This document shows positions 9,489 through 18,696 of a stretch of DNA of 26,106 nucleotides, piece by piece. The notes below the pieces were generated by a model. The model did not search any database. It was given only the letters and a program-made list of their open reading frames with translations, and had not been told where the DNA came from. The DNA is from Macrostomum lignano. Taxonomy: Eukaryota. Made by a program: the position numbers and the translations under genes. Each line of letters opens with the position of its first letter. Position 1 is the stretch's first letter. The stretch spans positions 42,087 through 68,192 of the forward strand of contig NIVC01002465.1 in the NCBI GenBank assembly GCA_002269645.1, written 5' to 3'.

Positions 9489-10293
9489 TGTAGCAGCGGT
9501 TGTCCCCAAAGGTGGCGCCGCCGTTGGGGCAAAGGTCGCATTTAGTCATGCCAGACTTGGTAGCCAGGGCGAAGTTCCGATCGCACTGTTGGCACTCAGT
9601 CGCCCCCGCCGCGTCAGAGAAGGAGCCCGGAGGGCAGGCCTTGCACTGCTTGCTGCCTTCTGATGAGGCGAACTGGCCGGCCGGACAGCGGGTGCAAGCC
9701 GAGGCGCCAGCAGCTGAGAAGCTTCCGGCCGGGCAGCTGGTGCAAGCTGAGGCGCCCGCTGCTGAGTAGCTTCCGGCCGGGCACGGCCTGCAGGCGGCCG
9801 CTCCAGCTGGGGAGAAGTGGCCCGGCTGGCACTTGCTGCACTCCGCTTCTCCGGCCTTGCTCGAGGTGCCGGCGGGACACTGCACGCAGGCTGGGGAGCC
9901 GCTGAAGCTGATGAAGCTGCCGGCAGGGCAGGGCGTGCAGCTCGACAAGCCGTCCGTGGCGGCCATCGAGCCCTTGGCGCACTTCTGGCAGCTCGCGGAG
10001 CCTGAGCTGGCGGCGAAGCTGCCCGGCCAGCACTTGGAGCAGGCGGCGGCCCCGGCGCGGCTGTATGAGCCTGGCGGGCACTTCTGGCACTTGGAATTCA
10101 CGGTTATTCCCCTATGGGTGCCGGCGCTGCAGGGCTGGCAAATGAAGTCCGAGTCTTCACTTAGCTGGTGACCGGCCTGGCACAGTATGTGGTCCATCCG
10201 CTTGCCTCTCTCCTGCCTGCTTCTCGGCAACATTGGCCGATAACCCCGTCAGAGCGGCCACAGAGCCGCAGCAACTAGCAGAGAAAAGTTCAT
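9489..10293 (-). CDS. First exon of a secreted Cys-rich protein with tandem GCC2/GCC3 (ephrin-receptor-like) repeats; N-terminus disrupted
   Basis: About 12 C..CP.G.(F/Y)S...G...C units. ATG at 10293 begins a signal-peptide-like MNFSLLVAAAL but meets an in-frame TGA at 10251-10249. A donor TAC A|GTGAGC lies at 9488; the ORF tail to 9427 is probably intronic. Confidence 0.8.
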
Positions 10294-13292
10294 GGCTGAG
10301 AGTTTAAGCTCTTGTACCCTGGCTTCTGTTTCTGTGAGTAGCTTCTGTCTAGGAAGGTTCCAAGCTGAAGCAATTTACATGTATATCTCAGGATTTGAAT
10401 CGCTGAAATTCCAATTCTGTGAGAAATGGCAAAGAAAAATGGATTTATTAAATTCTGCTTCAGTTTTTAAATGCCAAAGTTTCCACTGCGGAATTTGAAG
10501 CACGAATTTGCGTCGTAATTATTGTCTTACATTTTTTCAGAAAACTCTCGCAGAAAAAAATGAGAATCTATAGAATTAATTAAGGAATTCAGAAACTATA
10601 TTGAGGAGACAATTGTAAACTTCGACGGTAGAAATCGAGTATAATTTCAACTACTTAGAGCAAAGCTAATTTCAAACTCAAAAGAATGCAAAAACCACAA
10701 ATTTGGAGATTGGAATGCAATGCCAAAGTTAGACTGGGGGGGGGGCACCTCAGCAGTTTGGGGCACTGTGTGTCTGAGACCCCACCAACATGCAGATAAA
10801 CGCAATTTTGAGTCCTCTGCTCCTCAGAGAAAAAAGTTTCAAACTGGTGGAAAAGTCAACTGGTGGAGATGCAAAAAACTTATGACGGAAGATTTGTGAA
10901 TAAACACCCCAATATTTGCGGTGGCCGCTGCCTTTGACTTCTTGGAGTCTGCATGGTATCGCTTGGTGCTCCAGTGATCCGATTCCGAATTGAATTTGAG
11001 AGGAATCGCCTTCAAAATCTCCGCAACGTATTTGTACATTCAACTGCGGGCGAAGATATACTGCGTGATCGAACAGAACAAAATTAGTGGGTTATATTTA
11101 ACTAACTGAATAAGTTTCAGTGCCGGCAAAATGATTGAGATTTTCTACGAAGATGCAGAATCTTAGCAAGCACGACTGAACTGCTGGAGAACCCCTCGCT
11201 CCGCGCGCCCAACTCACTCCGCGACCACCTCACTCCCGCTCTATACCTGCCTCACTCCGGGACCTTCGCTAACTCCACCACCTCGACTACTATCTACATG
11301 TATACACTTGCAACGATTTTGACCGAATCGTATTCTGCTACTTACACTTCATGGCCGCGGGCACACCCAAAATGCTCTGACATGAAGGCCATCCCAGCAA
11401 GTTATCCCAGTTAATTCTTTTAAACAAATCCAAAATATTTTCGTCCGGTTCGTAACTAGTAACTGCCAGTGTGGAACGCGTTATTAGCGGCTATTCGAAA
11501 TAACCGGTTTAGTCAAAAAACTGGACAGCGCTGCTGGTTCCGTTTCCACCTTCTATAGTATATACTACTAGTGGCAACACAAAAGGAAAAGTGGGAAAAG
11601 AAAAAGAAGTATACATTTTTATGTGTGGTGTATACTGTGAGTTTACATGTATATATAAACGGCCACGGGCAAGGTTCTGGGACCAACAGCGGGACTTACC
11701 GAATTGGAACGCTGTTTCCAGGTTATCGATAGGAAAGAGTAAAACAAACTTTTATGATTTATTTAACAAGTAAAGGGCACAAAAATCCCACGATTAGACC
11801 GATAAATGGGGGAACTTCCGAAAAACTTCCAAAAGGTAAGGCCATGCAATGGACGCCAAAATAAAAAATACAACAGTCACACTTGTCACTACCACATTTT
11901 CAACTTCAGTAGATTCTCGTTGATTCTCGACTCTGATGATTCGTATCACGTGCAGCAGCATTAAGCATATGCCATATGCGCTATGGTTGCGCCCGTTTAC
12001 CATGATTATGTCGATGGATATCATGCATATTTGACGACATGTAGTAGGTCAAAGAACATCTTGGCTATAATAACCATGCATTGATTAAATTTAGTTAAGC
12101 AAGATGTAGTAAGGGCGCAAGGCAAGGCCAAGGGTTGATGAAGGCCGAAGGGTCGTATCTTGGGTTCTTAACTTTAGTTAGAGGCCTGGGTGGCCTGCCA
12201 GGTCACCATGTCTATTATGTGTAAACAGTGTAAACCTCTTAGTGGTAGTATATTCGCAATCTTTGGTTATTTAGTTAATTAAGTTTTAAACTGGTGTGAC
12301 ACAAAAGACAGGAAGAATTTTATAATTGGAATGCAAAAAAGCTTTAGTTTAGGGCCTAATATATTAATATTATTGAGCTCAACAAGTTTCTATCATTGAG
12401 TAACTCTATAAGTTAGTCCAAAAGTATGCATAAGAAAATGTATACACAAATGCTACATGGGATCAGAGCAGAATATAAGTAGGGACTTCAATGAGGCAAA
12501 ATTATCCCGTTCAAAATTGTAAAAATGGCAAAAAGGGCCTATCTTTCTACACTTATAACTATTGAAAGGAGTAAAGTGTGAAGTAAAGTTAATATACTTT
12601 GAAAAGGCAACATAAAAAATGTAGCACAAAATGTACCATAACTTTTTTAATACCCAACCAATTTTTATAAATGAAATGTCACCATGCTCATAAAGCATGG
12701 ATCTATATGATGAAGTACAAAAAATGGCCTAATTTTTAGTTTTAAAAACCTCACTGAAGTCCCTAATATAAGTTAACTTTTACCATTTTCCTTTGCATGG
12801 CAGATATCAAAGATTTTCAAACTCTAGAATGTTTAGAAGATACAATATGATTTAAATTCATAAATGAATTTATCCATACAAATGATAATATGAATTTTTA
12901 TTTAAGCATTTGATTTGCATTTAAAAAATTATAATTTTGCAATTAATGGTGTTAAAATCTGAAAAATTTGAATTTGTATTAAAAAACAATATTTTTGGTT
13001 CAAAACTAAAAGCTGTTACTTCAAATTAATAAATATAAACAGTAAATAGTCTTTATATAACTTATTGAGCTAGATCTAAAGCTTTAGGCCTATATAGGGC
13101 CTACTTTTCATATAAGGATATAACTTTCAATTAAAGCTTTATGATATTGATTTAACCTATACATGTATATGAGTAGTAATAACTTGGTCTCCTTAAGCAA
13201 CAGCTGAAGCTGTGGTATATAAGTTCTGGCATTGCAACTCTGATGCTTGAAAAACCCAGGATATATTACATACATGCATACACAACCTCCCA

Positions 13293-13370
13293 TTGACTTA
13301 CTTGACTTAGCTGCAAGGGGCTACAGGAAGCGTAACAGCACGACCCCCTCCATTTTACACCAGCCAGGCA
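13293..13370 (-). mobile_element. Short orphan 3' tail of a LINE/SINE related to the element at 1896-4418
   Basis: The reverse complement of 13293-13315 (TGCAGCTAAGTCAAGTAAGTCAA) is identical to 4396-4418. It is preceded by TAGCCCC(T) versus TAGCCC in the LINE. The 5' limit is uncertain. Confidence 0.6.
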
Positions 13371-13673
13371 ACTTACTTTTTGACCAAAAATGTGACTTGC
13401 CTATAAAACTAATGTAATTTTGGGTTAACGGCAAGAGTAAATATAGCTGTATGACTAGAGCTAAATGCCTCGTCATCTAATTAGTACTTTTGCATTATTT
13501 GGGGTGGGCATTTTTGTGACTTACTTTGGCTGGGCCCCACGCCAGCTGGCCCGATGATATATAATATATAATTTAATAGAATTAACTAGGATTAAAGCAC
13601 AGCAAAACACGATACTGCCAAGCACTTGAACACAGCATAATGGCGCTGCACTGGCTAATCCCGCAGTTTCAAA

Positions 13674-14204
13674 ATGCGGCTAATGAGGCACCTGCTCAGG
13701 TGCCGGCACAGTTTCCGGCTGCGCCACCCCATCATCATGTCAGTGCTGCTGCTGCTCATGTTTATCATGTGGCCGGCCTCTCAGCTGCTCTCAGGTGACG
13801 GCTTTCCCTACAAAGAGTTCGCAGCCAGGTGGAACGCCTCGCCTCATTGCACCGGGCGAGATCAGGAACTGCCGGTCCGTAGGATCCACCTGATGTACCA
13901 GACTGACTCTGTGCCAGTCGCATTCGCCAACTACATCCGCTCCTGGGCCCGCGACTACCCGAACTTCGAGCTGCACTTCTGGACTGACGCGGGCATTGAC
14001 AGCTTCCTGATGGCTCAGTTCGGGCCCCGGATGCGCCGCTTCTTTCACGAACAGCTGGCGCACGGGGTGGAGCGCTCAGACCTGGCCAGGCTGCTCATTC
14101 TCAACCATTTCGGAGGCCTGTATGCCGACCTTGATGTCATGTCACTCAGGCCTGCACAGTCCATAATGGCCCAGCATGACATTGTCTTCACTGAGGAGCC
14201 TCGG
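13674..14204 (+). CDS. GT32-family (DXD, Gly_transf_sug) glycosyltransferase, exon 1; type II membrane anchor
   Basis: Basic N-terminus plus hydrophobic IIMSVLLLLMFIMW. RRIHLMYQT...SW...YPNFELHFWTD...ERSDLARLLILNHFGGLYADLDVMSLRP. Phase-0 donor CGG|GTGAGC at 14205. Confidence 0.9.
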
Positions 14205-14229
14205 GTGAGCTGTGGCTGACTGTTGGTTA

Positions 14230-14725
14230 CTGTATGACAGTTCACTGACACAGTCAGCCATTCTGTATGACAGTTCACTCATTCTGTATGACAGTTCACT
14301 GACACAGTCAGCCATTCTGTATGACAGTTCACTGACACAGTCAGCCATTCTGTATGACAGTTCACTGACACAGCCGGCCATTCTGTATGACAGTTCACTG
14401 ACACAGTCAGCCATTCTGTATGACAGTTCACTGACACAGCCAGCCATTCTGTATGACAGTTCACTGACACAGTCAGCCATTCTGTATGACAGTTCACTGA
14501 CACAGCCGGCCATTCTGTATGACAGTTCACTGACACAGTCAGCCATTCTGTATGACAGTTCACTGACACAGCCGGCCATTCTGTATGACAGTTCACTGAC
14601 ACAGCCGGCCATTCTGTATGACAGTTCACTGACACAGCCAGTCCGTTCTGAATGACAGATCACTGACACAGCCGGCTGTTCTGTAGGACAGATCACTGAC
14701 ACAGCCAGTCCATTCTGTATGACAG
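14230..14725. repeat. 33-bp intronic minisatellite (CTGTATGACAGTTCACTGACACAGTCAGCCATT), about 15 copies
   Basis: Direct reading; 11-aa periodicity in the spurious ORFs. Confidence 0.96.
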
Positions 14726-14743
14726 ATGGGTAATCCAGCCACT

Positions 14744-15590
14744 CAGTCAGTGAGTCAGGTGACACAGTCAGTGTGTCAGGTGACCCAGTCAGTGAATCAG
14801 GTGACCCAGTCAGTGTGTCAGGTGACAGTCAGTGAATCAGGTGATCCAGCCAGTCTCAGTCAGTGAGTCAGGTGACCCAGTCAGTGTGTCAGGTGACCCA
14901 GTCAGTGAATCAGGTGACCCAGTCAGTGTGTCAGGTGACCCAGTCAGTGAATCAGGTGACCCAGTCAGTGAGTCAGGTGACCCAGTCAGTGAGTCAGGTG
15001 ACCCAGTCAGTGAGTCAGGTGACCCAGTCAGTGAGTCAGGTGACCCAGTCAGTGAGTCAGGTGACCCAGTCAGTGAGTCAGGTGACCCAGTCAGTGAGTC
15101 AGGTGACCCAGTCAGTGAGTCAGGTGACCCAGTCAGTGAGTCAGGTGACCCAGTCAGTGAGTCAGGTGACCCAGTCAGTGAGTCAGGTGACCCAGTCAGT
15201 GAGTCAGGTGACCCAGTCAGTGAGTCAGGTGACCCAGTCAGTGAGTCAGGTGACCCAGTCAGTGAGTCAGGTGACCAGTCAGTGAGTCAGGTGACCCAGT
15301 CAGTGAGTCAGGTGACCCAGTCAGTGAGTCAGGTGACCCAGTCAGTGAGTCAGGTGACCCAGTCAGTGAGTCAGGTGACCCAGTCAGTGAGTCAGGTGAC
15401 CCAGTCAGTGAGTCAGGTGACCCAGTCAGTGAGTCAGGTGACCCAGTCAGTGAATCAGGTGACCCAGTCAGTGAGTCAGGTGACCCAGTCAGTGAGTCAG
15501 GTGACCCAGTCAGTGAGTCAGGTGACCCAGTCGGTGAGTCAGGTGACCCAGTCGGTGAGTCAGGTGACCCAGTCGGTGAGTCAGGTGACC
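14744..15590. repeat. 21-bp intronic minisatellite (CAGTCAGTGAGTCAGGTGACC), about 40 copies
   Basis: Direct reading; 7-aa periodicity in the spurious ORFs. Confidence 0.97.
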
Positions 15591-15604
15591 CGCGCCACCC
15601 GCAG

Positions 15605-16129
15605 CCGCACGCCATCTTCCTGTACGGCCAGCCCAGCCTGATCAGCAACGCGCTGATTTACTCGGCGCCGTGCCGCAGTTTCTGGCGCCACTTCTTCCTG
15701 ACCCAGCCGGCCAGGCTGTGGGCTGAGCACGGCGGCCCGCTGCGTCTCTGGCGGCGCCGCTGGCAGCGACATCGAGCGGTGTTCGCCACGGGCCCAGTGG
15801 TCCTGGACTCGATCGCTAGGAAGTTCTTGACCGCAGCTGCCTCAAGCATCTTGGTGGCGCCGCCGGAGCTGTTCCAGCCTGTGTTCGACGCTGAGGCGCC
15901 GGGCCTCGCCAAACTTCGCTGGCAGTGCCGAGTGCCGCTGCTTCGCCGCCTGCTGCTCAACTCCCTGCAGCTGCAGCACTGCGACAGGTTCTTGCAGCGG
16001 CCTGACAGCTTTGTCAACCAGTCTGTGGCCGCCTTTGCCAAGCACGACTTCCTGCATCTGGGATATCATAAAGACAGGACGGCTGCGGTTAAGGTAGCTC
16101 AGCTGCTGCCGGGGGTGCTGCTGCATTGA
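15605..16129 (+). CDS. GT32 glycosyltransferase, exon 2 (spliced product about 351 aa)
   Basis: ccacccgcag|CCG CAC gives EEPR-PHAIFLYGQPSLISNALIYSAP...FW...VFATGPVVL, the usual GT32 EP..H...SNA...S.P...F and TGP motifs. Same frame as ORF 15779-16129; ends AKHDFLHLGY...TGA. Confidence 0.85.
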   Translation, partial: PHAIFLYGQPSLISNALIYSAPCRSFWRHFFLTQPARLWAEHGGPLRLWRRRWQRHRAVFATGPVVLDSIARKFLTAAASSILVAPPELFQPVFDAEAPGLAKLRWQCRVPLLRRLLLNSLQLQHCDRFLQRPDSFVNQSVAAFAKHDFLHLGYHKDRTAAVKVAQLLPGVLLH

Positions 16130-16155
16130 GCCCTGGTGATTAGATGAGTTGATTA

Positions 16156-16613
16156 GTGGGTAGATGATTGGAAACCTACTCACAGGTGGGTAGATGATTG
16201 GAAACCTACTCACAGGTGGGTAGATGATTGGAAACCTACTCACAGGTGGGTAGATGATTGGAAACCTACTCACAGGTGGGTAGATGATTGGAAACCTACT
16301 TACATGACTCGTACAGGTGGGTTGATGATTGGAAACCTACTCACAGGTGGGAAGATGATTGGAAACCTACTCACAGGTGGATAGATGATTGGAAACCTAC
16401 TCACAGGTGGGTAGATGATTGGAAACCTACTCACAGGTGGGTAGATGATTGGAAACCTACTCACAGGTGGGTAGATGATTGGAAACATACTCACAGGTGG
16501 GTAGATGATTGGAAACCTACTCACAGGTGGGTAGATGATTAGAAACCTACTCACAGGTGGGTAGATGATTGGAAACCTACTCACAGGTGGGTAGATGATT
16601 AGAAACCTACTCA
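16156..16613. repeat. 30-bp minisatellite (ACAGGTGGGTAGATGATTGGAAACCTACTC), 15 copies with one internal interruption near 16300
   Basis: Direct reading; 10-aa periodicity in the spurious ORFs. Confidence 0.96.
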
Positions 16614-17774
16614 ACGCTAAGCTTTGTTCATAAGTTTACCTTCAGTTTTCTACATCTAATGTTGCTTGGACATGTAGTTGGATGAATTCTGCAAACTTTT
16701 GTCTCCGTTGCATTTATGTATTTAGTCTTCCCAGTTATAAACTGCTTTAGTACTCGTAAGTCTGATAGATCTTTCGCTCCATTCAGCTCTGCACTGATAT
16801 TGCTTGTACTGCTCACTGACAAATATACGAAGACGTATGCACAAATCTTGTCCCACTTGTTTCAGCTTAAACCTGCGCACTTCAGTTCTAAGTTGAATTG
16901 AAAGAAAGATTTGCTTTGTAAATTTGACAGTTTGTTTCTTAGTAAATTTACTACTTTCTTTGCTTAATAAACATGAAATAAACTCTGTTTCTCGCACCAG
17001 GATATTCTTGCAAGAAGTAGGTAAAATTTTACAGATAGAATTGATTGCGATTTTTTAGTGGGAGACAAAGGGGCTGTGTGCACCCTGGTGCACTTAAAGC
17101 GACATTGTCACACAACCGGCGAGAGGCATTGCTGCCCATTCCGCCGACTCCCCTGAGCAGGCATACAAGCGCGCAGATACGTACGCAGTCATATGCACGG
17201 ACACAGGATTTCACAGCGGCCCCAACTTTATTTATCGTTAGACATGTTACATTTCACTGTGCCCTGGGGGTTTCCCTCCCCCAAAGCCGTTATAATTTTG
17301 CATCAGCAGACGGCTCGAAATTAATGCGACTGCGCCAGACCACTTGACATTACGGCCTCCTTCAGGGTTGCGGTTTTGCTGTATACCCGCTTTTGTCCAT
17401 TTTATTTCGATTGTCTGCCGCTTGTACGAGACTCAAAGTCTGTGCGCTCTCACTTGCTTGCGGGCTTGTTAAATTAAAAGTACGAACGTACATTAACGAG
17501 CCAACAGTAGACTAGCGTACGCTCCAGGCCTCTGTAAGCTTCGTATCTTCATATCGCAGCCTGTCAAAGGCGGTTGTTTTGTGCACTTGCGCGCTGCTGC
17601 GCTCGTACGGGCGGTGAGAAGAGCAGCAGTAAATCCGTGAGAATGTTAGTGCCTTATTTTTAGCGTAATTAAGATTAGATAACAGGTCAGCAGTGCTGCA
17701 TTCAAGAGCTCTCCAAAAAATCAAAGAGAAGAAATTTTTACTTGTAGAGCTGCTTACGTGTTTGGGATTCAGCA

Positions 17775-18280
17775 ATGTCCCTTCCACCGAGTCTCGCAGA
17801 TCTGGAGTATTACCGCGCCTACCGGCCGGAAGATGGGGAAATTGACTTGGCCTCCTACCTGCTGGACGAGGACAACCTGGCCGAGAAGATCACGTCCGGG
17901 TTTTACCCAACTCCCACGGTGCTGGCCCACCTGCAGCGCACTCTGGGCGAGGAGCCCAAAGACCCAGACGCCACGGATGTCGGCCCGTTCCCATCGCGTC
18001 GGCTCAAGTCGGACATCTTCGACGCGGCCAAGTTCGCCGAGAAGGACGAATTCGTGAAGTCGCTGCGGCCGGAGCCGCTCGAGTCTGACGCGGAATTCGC
18101 CGTGCGGCTGTTCGAGCGGAGCCGCTGCGGCCTGGACTCGGTGAGGGCGGCCTTCTGCTTCGTCTGCTGCCTGCCGGTGGACGAGCTGGCCAAGGCGGAG
18201 GTTGAGTCTGAGTTCTACACCCGGGTCAGGCGGATGCGGCAAACCGACGACAGTTATGAGATTTTCAATTGGTTGATCGG
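17775..18280 (+). CDS. KY/Hillarin-plastin fusion gene, coding exon 1 (N-terminus and first half of the transglutaminase-like domain)
   Basis: ATG at 17775, 2 nt after the acceptor ttcag|. FDAAKFAEKDEF...DSVRAAFCFV...YEIFNWLI resembles the Hillarin/KY region before and within the TG core. Phase-2 donor GG|GTAAGT at 18281. Confidence 0.82.
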
Positions 18281-18696
18281 GTAAGTAGTTACGAGCATAA
18301 AAATAAGAACTTACGCTGACTTACATGTACTGGCTTTATTGATTGTCAAAATTTTATTTAAAAACTCCGCCCCTTTGGCTATATGTCGAAACCTATTCAG
18401 AGGTATTTACATTACTCAGAACTTACTCAGAAGTGTTGTCAGTTTAGTGCAAAAGAATTGACACGTTCTATAAATGCTAATCGTGAGTCTTACTGTGACA
18501 TTAGGACTTGAGTAAAAGTCAGTACCTTTTGGAAATTCAAACTAGTACATGTATTTGTGGCAAAAGAAAGTTTTTGGGATAAATAAGACAATAAGCTTTC
18601 AGCTGGTCTGTTAACGAAGCAAACATACCTGAAAGCAATAACTCGATGTGATATCAAACTGCATGTGTACATACTAAAGCTACCTGAAAACTGCAG

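Noticed and set aside
10249-10251. Selenocysteine or programmed read-through at the in-frame TGA
   Set aside because: The position is in a signal-peptide region with no redox motif or recognisable SECIS; an indel explanation fits better.
10750-11043. Short minus-strand ORFs vaguely like a hAT transposase (HWSTKRY)
   Set aside because: Too short, with no catalytic motifs or TIRs identified.
14230-16613. CRISPR-like appearance of the 21-33-bp repeats
   Set aside because: Units are head-to-tail with no unique spacers, no cas genes are present, and the context is eukaryotic.
14142-16614. ORFs 14142-14765, 14212-14655, 14832-15641, 14863-15285, 16288-16542 and 16300-16614
   Set aside because: Periodic translations of the 33-, 21- and 30-bp arrays.
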